Of a DNA stretch of 64,000 nt, positions 28,647 through 37,900 are shown piece by piece (the stretch's first letter is position 1; each line of letters begins with the position of its first letter). The notes under the pieces are model-generated. The model was given only the letters and a program-made list of their open reading frames with translations. It had not been told where the DNA came from and made no database searches. Location of the stretch: positions 1,954-65,953 of IMG/VR virus record IMGVR_UViG_3300021168_000003; one strand, 5' to 3'. A program made the translations under genes and the position numbers. The stretch is from a virus. Its lineage: Duplodnaviria; Caudoviricetes.

Positions 28647-29003
28647 ATGAGCGTCACCATCAACGGGAAATTCCACCTCGGCGAGAGCTGGATCATCAAC
28701 GGCGTCGCGCGCGACCCGAATGGCAAGATCCTCGACCTGACCAACGCACAGGTGAACCTGCGCATCGTCTCGAGGAACCCGAACGTGGTCCAGCTGGATC
28801 TAGCGACACCCGGTGATGGACAGATCGCAACGCCTGGCACACTCGGTCAGTACCAGTTCATCATCCCGCCGGCTGAGCAGGCCAGCATGACCTACAACAG
28901 CTACGATTATGAAGTGCGGATTACGCTAGGCAATGGCGAGCTCTCTGTGCAGAACACTGGTGAAATTGTGGTCCTGCCGTCGCTCTTCGTGAATTTTCCG
29001 TAA
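28647..29003 (+). CDS. BppU-like Ig-fold adaptor protein
   Basis: GESW.I...D.NG..LDLT, YDYEVRIT, GEIVV. Confidence 0.5.
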   Translation: MSVTINGKFHLGESWIINGVARDPNGKILDLTNAQVNLRIVSRNPNVVQLDLATPGDGQIATPGTLGQYQFIIPPAEQASMTYNSYDYEVRITLGNGELSVQNTGEIVVLPSLFVNFP

Positions 29004-29026
29004 CTAGTCCTGAAAAATCGTTCTGG

Positions 29027-30139
29027 CTACTCGTTCGGCCCGACGAACGGGTTCAGCTGCTCGGCGGCCCGAATGATCGTGGCCTCGAGATAATCCCCGA
29101 TCGCCGCGTTGTTCTGCGGGTCGCCGCCGCTCTGTAGCGACGCGATATACTGGTTCATGCCATCCTGCCGTCGGTAGAAACTGGCTGCGGACTGGGCCTG
29201 CGGGAAGAACACCTTACTCTCAGTGACGTTGACCGTCCGGCCGCTGTCGGACGCCACGCAGACGCCGTTGGCCGACATGAACATGATGGACACCTCGAGC
29301 GGTGTGTCCGCGCCGGGCGGCACCTGCGGAGGATTACCGAGCTCGCCTGGGACGTATGTCATTGATCCAGGCAGCACCGCGCTGTCCATGACCCTGTCCT
29401 TCTTCCACTTGTCGTAGCCGTCGCCGCTGAGGAAATAGAGCCCCTCGGTCGTGCCGACGTAGACGCCGTCGCCGACCGCGCCGATCATGGTGATCGTGCC
29501 CTCGAACGTCTTATGCCCTGCCGTCTTGTCGACGAAGTTATACAGGTACGGCTTGGTAGCCCACAGGACGTTATCGACCGCGAGCAGGATACGACCGCGG
29601 TAATAGGCGATGACCGTGGCGTTCGGAGGCTTACCTAGGAGCTGCCCGGCGACCGCTGGCAAGGTTGCCGTCGGGTTGACCACCGGAGACAGCCAGTAGT
29701 CGGCCTCGTTGCCCCACGGGGCTGCCGTGAGCTCGATCAGGTCGACGACCCCGCTCTCGCTATCCGAGGTGAAGTAAGCCGAGACGCCGACCTGAGCCCA
29801 CTGAAGACCGGAGAGCCCCTGGCTGGGGTCACTGATGATGCCGGTCTGGATGACCGTGAAAGTGGTGTCCGGGTTCAGGATGCCTAGCGAACCGTTAAGG
29901 ACGGCGAGCACTAGACCGGTGGACGTGGAAAAGAGGCTGTGAGCGTTGCCGGGGACCAGCTTAGTGAAGCCGCGGCGGCGCGAGATCTGGCCGCTGTCGT
30001 CGAGTGTGACGTCCCGCGCGCGAACCAGTTCCTTGGGCCCGAGGCGCTCGGGCAGGACAGTGTTCTTGATGCCGCTGAATGTGTCGAAGACGACGGGTGC
30101 GCCGGGCAGCGGCGCATTCGGATCAATCTGTGCCATCAT
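29027..30139 (-). CDS. putative tail (nozzle/stabilisation) protein
   Basis: FSGIKN..., GQISRRRG and beta-propeller-like segments. Confidence 0.55.
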   Translation of the reverse strand: MMAQIDPNAPLPGAPVVFDTFSGIKNTVLPERLGPKELVRARDVTLDDSGQISRRRGFTKLVPGNAHSLFSTSTGLVLAVLNGSLGILNPDTTFTVIQTGIISDPSQGLSGLQWAQVGVSAYFTSDSESGVVDLIELTAAPWGNEADYWLSPVVNPTATLPAVAGQLLGKPPNATVIAYYRGRILLAVDNVLWATKPYLYNFVDKTAGHKTFEGTITMIGAVGDGVYVGTTEGLYFLSGDGYDKWKKDRVMDSAVLPGSMTYVPGELGNPPQVPPGADTPLEVSIMFMSANGVCVASDSGRTVNVTESKVFFPQAQSAASFYRRQDGMNQYIASLQSGGDPQNNAAIGDYLEATIIRAAEQLNPFVGPNE

Positions 30140-30476
30140 GACCCCTGAAGTGCGGGCACTGCCGGCAGATCGTCCGCTGGTGGGCCAACTCTTCTTTAAG
30201 CGCCTCGACGGTCGAGCGCAACGCCTCTACCTCGTCAGTGAGGTCCTTGACCCGGTTGGCGTAGCCGTCCATCAGCAGCCTGAACCTGGCGGTCAGATCT
30301 TCTGCAGTGTGGTTGCTGTGGTCGACCCGCTCCTTGCGGTCGTCGTCAGCGCGCTTTACGGACGCGATCTTCTCGTTTGAGCGGGCCATCCGCTGGGCGG
30401 CGATCCAGCTCGCAAGGGCCGCCACCAGTGCGGGCAGGATGGTGGGCAGATAGGGAATGGTCGTAATGTCGAACAC
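30123..30476 (-). CDS. membrane protein with N-terminal TM and coiled coil (possible lysis accessory)
   Basis: one TM segment, then coiled coil and CxxC. Confidence 0.45.
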   Translation of the reverse strand: MFDITTIPYLPTILPALVAALASWIAAQRMARSNEKIASVKRADDDRKERVDHSNHTAEDLTARFRLLMDGYANRVKDLTDEVEALRSTVEALKEELAHQRTICRQCPHFRGHDGTD

Positions 30477-30536
30477 GGTAAGGGCTCCCGCCGCAAGGAG
30501 GTGAACAGTGTCCTCAGCTTACCAAGCAGGTCAGTG

Positions 30537-30989
30537 TCACGCAACCACTTGGGGGTGCCTTGATGCCCACCGCTCAATTTTAGGGTCGATCGGCAGACCC
30601 TTCATCCTGTCCTTGAGGATCTCCTCCCAGACGTATCGTTTTGCTGACTGGGTGGCGTAGCGCGGTACACTGAAGCCGCACTCGCGGAGCGCCTTGTGGG
30701 CGAACATCTCCGCTTCGTACTCATCGACGTGCGTAGGGTTCTTCGAGAAGCGATGCAGTTTGGCGTGGCCGACCTCGTGCAGGAAGACATAGAGGCTGAA
30801 CGTGTCGCAGACGTAGGGGACGTAGATCGTCTTCTCACAGTACTCGCAAAGGCCTGATGCACCCCCTTGGTGGACGCCGCCCTGGACGACCTTCCACTTC
30901 CTTGGTGTGTAGGCGTGCATGATCTGCCGGGCCCGCACCGAACTGACGAGGCTGACCCTCTCAGTGGTGACGTGCGAGCCCGTGGCCAT
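30537..30989 (-). CDS. HEXXH zinc metallopeptidase (ImmA/IrrE-like)
   Basis: FLHEVGH...EYEAE. Confidence 0.6.
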   Translation of the reverse strand: MATGSHVTTERVSLVSSVRARQIMHAYTPRKWKVVQGGVHQGGASGLCEYCEKTIYVPYVCDTFSLYVFLHEVGHAKLHRFSKNPTHVDEYEAEMFAHKALRECGFSVPRYATQSAKRYVWEEILKDRMKGLPIDPKIERWASRHPQVVA

Positions 30990-30990
30990 G

Positions 30991-31104
30991 TCAGTTGAAG
31001 GCGGAGGTGTTAACCCCAGCACAGCCGGTTAGGATTGCGATGCCGACAACAGCCACGATCGCGATGACGACGAGGATCACGTAGTTGCGTGTGGGGGCGT
31101 CCAT
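30991..31104 (-). CDS. 37-aa micro-lipoprotein
   Basis: MDAPTRNYVILVVIAIVAVVGIAILTG-CAGVNTSAFN; LTGC lipobox; fills the intergenic gap exactly. Confidence 0.55.
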   Translation of the reverse strand: MDAPTRNYVILVVIAIVAVVGIAILTGCAGVNTSAFN

Positions 31105-31105
31105 A

Positions 31106-31582
31106 TCAGACCTTCTCAGTGCAATCCTGCCTGGCGAGATCGTCAGTGCCGATCCCACGCATCTCGAACGACATCAAAGCTAGCGCATTCCAGGCCACCA
31201 GCGCAAGGTGGTGACACCCTGTGCCAGGCTGGCCACTGTCGTCAGTGATGTCGAGCTCCTCGCCACGCCGCCATTTGTTCAGGTGGCGCATGAGTGGGCC
31301 GAGGACTTTGGAGTAGTCCATGCCCTTCTCCCAGTTACGAGGCTCGTACTTATTCGCTCCAGCCGTCAGAATTTTGCCTAGCTCGAGATCCCACTCCGGG
31401 GGCATGAGGTCCATGCGGACCTTGCCAGTGTCGTAGCGGAGGCCCTTGTTCGCATCAGTGCACGCCTCAACCATCTCTTTTGCGTTGGCCCACGCGATGC
31501 CGGCCGCTTTTTTGGCTTCCATCTCCAAGTAATCCCTGAACTTCGGCGTCTGGGGCTCGTCAGTCCAATCTCCGATCCTCAC
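31106..31582 (-). CDS. dATP/dGTP diphosphohydrolase domain (DUF5664) protein
   Basis: YDTGK.RMDL, GANKY..RNWEKG, HLA.VAWNAL. Confidence 0.8.
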   Translation of the reverse strand: MRIGDWTDEPQTPKFRDYLEMEAKKAAGIAWANAKEMVEACTDANKGLRYDTGKVRMDLMPPEWDLELGKILTAGANKYEPRNWEKGMDYSKVLGPLMRHLNKWRRGEELDITDDSGQPGTGCHHLALVAWNALALMSFEMRGIGTDDLARQDCTEKV

Positions 31583-31887
31583 AGGAACGCCTCCACGTCG
31601 CCAGTGTCGATGCCGATCGCTAGGGCGGTGGCGAACTCGGCCTGCGCGCCTCGGCTACCCCTCCAGCCTGGGAGGAGTGCTAACGCCTCGGCGTGCTCGC
31701 ATATCCACGCGAGATCGACGGTGAGCGCCTCGCGGCGCGTGACGTCCTCCGAAGGCTTGCCGAAGTTCGTCTCGGCGGGGTTGAACACTTCGTGACCAGC
31801 CAAGCGCAACTGCATGGCGGCCTCGTCGAACGCTGGAAAGTTTAGGTCGGCCCAGCCTGTCATCGGCCCGGCGAGGTAGATTTTCAT
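31579..31887 (-). CDS. DUF4406 / nucleoside deoxyribosyltransferase-like protein
   Basis: KIYLAGPMTG..NFPAF, FNPAE, LPGW..S.GAQAE. Confidence 0.8.
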   Translation of the reverse strand: MKIYLAGPMTGWADLNFPAFDEAAMQLRLAGHEVFNPAETNFGKPSEDVTRREALTVDLAWICEHAEALALLPGWRGSRGAQAEFATALAIGIDTGDVEAFL

Positions 31888-31903
31888 CGGTTCACTCCGT
31901 TGA

Positions 31904-33079
31904 TCAGACTGGGACGTATTGACGATGGCGCTGGCCAGTCTCCGCGCTGTAGGTGATCGAGGTCAGTTCGTGTCCTGAGCGCCACCCCCCGGTGTGTGCG
32001 TAGTTGTCCCCCGGTGTCGGGGTCCTGAGCGTCTCCCAGCGGCAGCGCAACGCCTCGCCGGAGCGCTCCTTGTGGATGTGACCTGAGAACGCATACCTAT
32101 GCTCGGTGCGGCCCCAGACGTCCCTGTGGTCAGCCGCCATGAGCCCCGGCAAGCTGTCCGGCTTGACCTTGTGCCCGTGGTTGGCGAACAGGAACACCTT
32201 GCCGAACTCGTAGTGCCAGAAGTCACCTGGATCGATGTCGATGTCGACGCGCGGGTTGTTCTCGAAGAACTCCGACAGCGCGATCGAGAGCCACATCTGC
32301 GCCTCCGGATCGTGGTTGCCGCGGAGCCCTCGGTAGATGACTTTCTCGTGGCGCTGGAGCGCGAGCTCGATCATCGCCTTGCGGATCTTGACGGCGGCCT
32401 TGATGACCTTCGGGAAGCGCCCGTCCACGTCCAGCCGGTGCTTGTGCATCGGTGTGGCATTGGTCTGGTCGTTCATATGGAACTGGTCGCCGAGGTCCAG
32501 CAGGATCGCGGTGTGAGTGGGCGGCGTAAGTTGGATCAGCTCCGCCGTGGCGGTGAGCAGTTCACGTTGAGCGATGGCGAGATCCCAGTCGCGCTCGCTG
32601 TCTCGACGCCAAGCCAGGAGACCCAAGTGGAGATCTGCGGTGGGGTAGAGAGCCAGTCTAGTGGCGTCGCAGCCGGTAGGTGATACGAGGATCTCAGATT
32701 GCCCTCGCCAGTCAGCGACCATCTCAAGGACGGCTTCGCGGGCGAGTTGGGTGCCAGGGGACAGCTTGGTCTTGTACCAGCTGTCTCCGATCTTGAGGGA
32801 GGTGCGCTCAAGGATGTGCCCTTCCGGAAGTTCTAGTTCTGCCTCAGGTTGTTCAGGCCGCGTGGTGATATATCCATCATCGGTCTTTGTTGTGATCTTG
32901 GTGATCTCGAAACCGGGGAGGACTGGCTTGAAGCCTAGGTCACCGCCTCGGGCTGCGCCTTTGAGATGCGCGTTGACCGTGGACGCCGAAATGCCCAGCT
33001 CGTGCGCGATCGCGGGTTGGGTCATGCCCTCCTGACGGAGCGAGATGATCTTGGATATAGTGGCCGCGTCGAGTGCCAT
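31904..33079 (-). CDS. HTH plus calcineurin-like metallophosphoesterase
   Basis: N-terminal HTH; DLHLG, GDQFH, GNHD, HGH, GHIH. Confidence 0.8.
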   Translation of the reverse strand: MALDAATISKIISLRQEGMTQPAIAHELGISASTVNAHLKGAARGGDLGFKPVLPGFEITKITTKTDDGYITTRPEQPEAELELPEGHILERTSLKIGDSWYKTKLSPGTQLAREAVLEMVADWRGQSEILVSPTGCDATRLALYPTADLHLGLLAWRRDSERDWDLAIAQRELLTATAELIQLTPPTHTAILLDLGDQFHMNDQTNATPMHKHRLDVDGRFPKVIKAAVKIRKAMIELALQRHEKVIYRGLRGNHDPEAQMWLSIALSEFFENNPRVDIDIDPGDFWHYEFGKVFLFANHGHKVKPDSLPGLMAADHRDVWGRTEHRYAFSGHIHKERSGEALRCRWETLRTPTPGDNYAHTGGWRSGHELTSITYSAETGQRHRQYVPV

Positions 33080-33093
33080 CGTAGCCTCCTGGG

Positions 33094-33540
33094 TTACGCG
33101 GCCGACTTGAGCCACTTCGTCAAGTTACCTGTCCCTTGTCCGACAGTGTGGACGAGGAAGAAACTGGCAATTATGTACCACTCGAACTGGTCGTACGGCT
33201 GTGGCAGCTTCGGGACGCCGAGCACAGAGTGTCCGAACAGGAACGCCGACGCGAAGATCGTGTCGAGCGTAATGAGGGTAAAGTGTAGGGCAGTAGGTAG
33301 ACCGACGAATAGGGTGATGACCCTGTAGGTGAACGAGCCATAAACTTGAACCTTAAGTGCATCTATTTGAACCTCTGAGGTGGCCATCGAGACGAAGGCC
33401 TTGGTGTCTTCCTGCATGGCGACCGCAGCTCCGGCTTCCTTCGAGGAGGCCAGCGCGGTCTTGTAGGTCAGCCACTGCTTGAAGAAGCTCTGCAGGACGC
33501 CGCCGAAGAGCCAGTTGATGATAGGCATCAGGAACGGCAT
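33094..33540 (-). CDS. putative holin
   Basis: 2-3 hydrophobic segments; directly downstream of the endolysin. Confidence 0.5.
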   Translation of the reverse strand: MPFLMPIINWLFGGVLQSFFKQWLTYKTALASSKEAGAAVAMQEDTKAFVSMATSEVQIDALKVQVYGSFTYRVITLFVGLPTALHFTLITLDTIFASAFLFGHSVLGVPKLPQPYDQFEWYIIASFFLVHTVGQGTGNLTKWLKSAA

Positions 33541-34470
33541 TTACGCAGCCTTCGGCATGAGGACGTTGACGGCCGGCGGGGCGGCGTCGTTGACGACGAC
33601 CTGCGGATGACCGGCGTCCGCGTCGATGTTCACTGCTGCGGTAGAGGAGCCGGACATCGCGGCAGCGCGGGCGTCGGCGATCACCTTGACCGTTAGGCTG
33701 GCGACTGCACTGACAGCAGCCAAGCCGCCGAGGACGTACCCGAAATACTTGAAGTGCGGGAGCGCGGTCTGGACCGGCGCGAGGTTGGCGGAGGCGCTGG
33801 TGGCGATCGCGCCGGCCGAGGAGGCGGCCGTCGTCGCATGCGTAGCAACGAGGCTGAGCTTCGAGACCTTGACGTCAGTGACCGGGGCCTTGCGGTGGCC
33901 GCCGGCCGCCGACACGTCTACCGGATGCGGGGCGGGTGCCCCGGCCGCCCAGGCGTCACCCGTCTTCATGACGTTGGCGATGCGGGCGTTCCAGCCGTTG
34001 CCGAACTCGGACCAGGTCCTGAGGGAGTGGAGGGTGGCCAGTCGGCGCGCGCAATAGGCTCCAATCAGAGCCTCGACATCGCCGAAATCCTCAATCGCTT
34101 GAAGGGTCTTGGAGCCGATGATACCGTCGATTGCCCCTGGAAACTTGGTCCCGAGAGCATGCTGCAGCCACTTGCCTGACTGGCCTGGGCCGGAGTTCAC
34201 GCCGCCGTCGAAGACGCACAGATCGAGGCCGGCCGGCAGGTCGTCGCCACGCACGGCGTCCCAGTACTTGAGCTTGTAGATAGTGCTGACTTCGTCGAGG
34301 GTGATCGAGTAGACGTCGGCCGCAGACATGCCGTTCTCACGCAGATAGGCGTTGAACGTGATCTGGGTGACGCCCTTGTTCGTGCGCCCGCCCGGGTCGC
34401 GGGGGTTGTCGACCTTGCCACCTTCGTAGACGAGGATGCGGGGGAGCGCCTTGGCGAAATCGGCCTGCAT
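33541..34470 (-). CDS. endolysin, glycoside hydrolase family 108 with PG-binding domain and hydrophobic C-terminus
   Basis: EGG.VDNPRDPGGRTNKGVT, FDGGVNSG, DGIIG.KT, FG.GW..R. Confidence 0.88.
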   Translation of the reverse strand: MQADFAKALPRILVYEGGKVDNPRDPGGRTNKGVTQITFNAYLRENGMSAADVYSITLDEVSTIYKLKYWDAVRGDDLPAGLDLCVFDGGVNSGPGQSGKWLQHALGTKFPGAIDGIIGSKTLQAIEDFGDVEALIGAYCARRLATLHSLRTWSEFGNGWNARIANVMKTGDAWAAGAPAPHPVDVSAAGGHRKAPVTDVKVSKLSLVATHATTAASSAGAIATSASANLAPVQTALPHFKYFGYVLGGLAAVSAVASLTVKVIADARAAAMSGSSTAAVNIDADAGHPQVVVNDAAPPAVNVLMPKAA

Positions 34471-34541
34471 GGTTCATTGTCCCTGTCGGTACACTGACAG
34501 GGAGATAGCACTGACATCCCAGGTTTACAAGGGGTGCGCGG

Positions 34542-34871
34542 TCACCTGTAGTAGGAGACGTTCACAATCGGAGAGCCTGAAACCAAAATGAAGCGGATCG
34601 CTGTGAGGTCGCCGGCATAGAGGAACGGGGTGAGCGCAGCCGGCTGGATCATGCCGATCGTCGCCGTTGGTGCGGTACCATCGTCACGCCACGACACGGC
34701 CGCTGTCTGGACTGAGATCCGCGCATAGCGCGCGCCCACCGGGATCGCCTGGAGGCCATAGGAAGCCGCGAGGTTGGCGGCGCTGAGCGACTCAAAGCCG
34801 AGCGGCAGCTCGAGATACGGGCTACCGAGTGGGCTGGGGGTCGATCCGAGAGGTTGTTTTGCGACGGTCAT
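34542..34871 (-). CDS. small virion protein
   Basis: WRDDGTAPTAT.G...NVSYY. Confidence 0.5.
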   Translation of the reverse strand: MTVAKQPLGSTPSPLGSPYLELPLGFESLSAANLAASYGLQAIPVGARYARISVQTAAVSWRDDGTAPTATIGMIQPAALTPFLYAGDLTAIRFILVSGSPIVNVSYYR

Positions 34872-34909
34872 GAGGGGCTCCTGTCAGGAACTTGTCTACA
34901 CTGATCTGA

Positions 34910-37900
34910 CTACGGCTGCAACATGCCGCCGCTGAAGAACTTGCGTTCGGTGACGTTGTTAGGCCGGATGCCCATCGGCGCGCCGAGCGCCTTGGCCTCC
35001 GCGGCCTCGCGTAGATGCGTGTCGAGGTAGCGCCCCAGATCGGCGATCGGCGGCTTCATGCCGGGCCACTCGTGCTGGTAGTCAGTGGACTGCTGCTCCC
35101 AGTACTTCATGGCGGCAGGATCGTGCAGCTGCTCGGCCTTGGCCAGATGCTGTGTGATGTTCTGCGACTGGTACTGCCGGCGAGCTTCCAACCCACTGAG
35201 AACGTTCTTGTTCATCTGCATGGTGGCGACCTTGGTCGGGTCGAACCCCATCGCCTCGAGGGCCAGATCGATGCCCCTCGGCGTGATGCCTAGCGGCGTG
35301 CCGCCCTTGTCGCGGTAGCCGTAGAGCTTGTCGCGCAGGGCCTCGATCGGACCCTTGAGAGCTTCGGGGGCCATCTTGACCGCGCCGTTGACGTAGTCGC
35401 CGTTGGCCATGTCGCGGGCACCCAGGCCCCAGTTCATAGCGAGGCCAACCGAGGAGCCTGCCAGGTTCTTCAGCCAATCCTTCTCGGCGTCTTCGAACTT
35501 GCGCTTCTCCGACCACATCATGAGCAGGTCACTGCCGGGTGCGATCTTCTGGTCGCCGAGGTGGGACAGGTCGACGCCCAGCGCCGCGGGTATCCCGCGC
35601 GCCATGGCGATGCCTGCCGTCTTGCCGTAGGTCAACGCCAGGTAGTGGCGGAAGGAGCCCATGATGTCGTGGGTGGGTGAGCCTGTGAGCTCGTCAGCCA
35701 TCTTGTCATAGACGGACGCGAACACGGCGGCCATCGGCATGCCCATCGCGCCGGCCAGCACCGTTGTCGCGGCAAGGTGAGCGGCGAGGAACTTGCCCGC
35801 CTCGACCTTGTCCTGCGCGGTCTCACCGGCGAACATCTGGTGGAACTCGCGGATGAGCTTCTCTGTGGCCTTCGTCCGGTAGGACATGAACTGGTTGATC
35901 AGCGGCGAGAAGTCGCCGAACATGCCCGAGCGGGTGAGTTGGCGCGGGGCGTTCTCCGCGGAATAGTCGAACTGAGCGCCCTTGATCTTCTTGGCGGCGA
36001 AATCGAGCAGCGGGCCGTCCTTGGCCTCACCGCGCCACAGCGCTCGGGCGGCGAGCGCCAGCTTGATGCGGGGCTGCACTTCGGCGTAGCGCCCCATGGC
36101 GGTCGACATGTTGGCGATCTTCGCGCGGAGGCCTTCGCCTTCTTCGCTGAACATGGACTGCGTCAGCGCGCCGTGCGTCATCGCCCCCATGTTGTCGAGG
36201 GCGGTCAGGTATTCTGCATCCTTCTCGGACACTCCACCTTTCTCTAGGGTGCTCTTGCGCATGCCTGCGAACGACCAGTCAGGGTCCTTCGTCATCGCGC
36301 GCATGACCTTGATCGACGGCAGTTCGGCCTTGGCCAGCTCTCGCGCCGACGCGGCCATGCCGTGTGTCTTGCCAAGCTCGCCCCAGCTGTAGGTCCAGTC
36401 CTGAGCGTGCAGCGTGACGAAGTAGGCCGGGTTGAAGCCGATCTCGGACGCGCGGGTAATCCACGTCAGCGCGTTGACGAGTCCGTTCGGCTTGGTCGTC
36501 GGGCGGCGCGTCTCGCGGTTCATCAGCTCGGTGACCGCGTCCTGCGCGGTTTTCCTGTCGGCGGGTGTCACCGCCTCGTTCTCATTGAGCGACCGCATGT
36601 CATCGCGCATGCCAGAGATGGCCGCGCCCTTATCGTCCGCGGTGCCTTGGCGAGCCAGCATCGCCGACACGTTGGCGTCGGTGTCGCGGGCTTGGCGGCC
36701 GACATCCATGGCCATGCCCTGAACGTCTTTGCGCTCAGCGTTGATCTTGGTAGGCGAGCTGTCCGAGAGCATGTCCATCAGGTCACGCGTCATGTCCTGA
36801 GCGCTCTTATTCCAAGCTGCCATGAACTCTGCCTTAGCAGTAGGGTCCATGTCGTCCGGCAGCGTGGGCTTGTTGGCCTCGATCGTCGAGATGACGTCCT
36901 GCATAAACTTGGGCGCGACACCGTGGTGGACCGCTTGTTCTGCTGAGCCGGAACTAACCGGATCGTCTGCGCTGAGGTGACCTTGCTTCTGCAAGTCACG
37001 GAACGCAGCTTCCAGCCGCTGAACTTTATCGAGACTATCAGTCTTAATGTACATCTTGTTGTTGCCGTTGGCGCGGTCGATGATGCTATCGCCGAAGCCG
37101 TCCTTCTCCAGACGTGCGTTAATCGCGGCGACTGCGGCGGCCTTGGGCAAGCCAGTCTCGTCAGGGGCGATCGTGCCGGCGGCGAAGAAGTTGCCGTTGC
37201 CACGGCCGGCGCGGAAGTAGGGCACCCCGTCGAAACTCTTCTTGAGTGCGTCAGCACCGTCCACCCAGCGCTCGAGGCTCTCGACCTTGTCGCGCGCCGC
37301 CTGGCTGGCCTTCGTCATGTCGCCGCCAGGAGCCATCACTTTTTCGGCGTTGGCCGCGGCGCTCACGGTGGCCATGCGCTTGTCGATCTCGTCGGTCCAG
37401 AATTTCTTCGATAGCGCGGGGGCGTCGTGCGCCTCCATGCCAGCCTTGGACATCTGGTAGTCGCGCGCGGGGTTGTTCTCGAACCCGGCGGTCAGTTCTG
37501 GGTGCAGGAACTTCATGGTCCTGTCTAGGGCCATCGCGAAGCTGGCGGCCTTGCTCGCCTGGTTCGTGTCAACGCGCATCTGGAACGCAGCCTTGGCGGC
37601 GGGGCTCAGGCCGTTGTAGGTGCGGTACGCGTCGTTGGCCGCGCGCAGAAGTTCCGGCGCGTTGGGCTGGCGCATGAGCTCGGGGTTCATCTGCGCGGGC
37701 GGCTTGCGTGGGTCGATGCCGAAATAGGTCGCAGCCGCGGCTGCATCGTGCCCGGCGCGCTCGGCTCCAGTCAGCGCCATGTAGGCGTTGTGCGCCACGG
37801 CGCGCGACTTGTTCCAAGCGTTCTTCTGATTACTCTCGGTCTCGACAGCGTTGAACCATCGGGCAGCGCTCGGGACCTGCTTGGCGACGCCGGCTACGAT

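Noticed and set aside
24830-29026. Invertase-driven tail-fibre switch (Mu G-segment type)
   Set aside because: No serine invertase and no inverted repeats found at the two boundaries by eye.
31106-31582. 2-aminoadenine (Z) genome pathway
   Set aside because: DUF5664 is present, but no PurZ-like synthetase was recognised.
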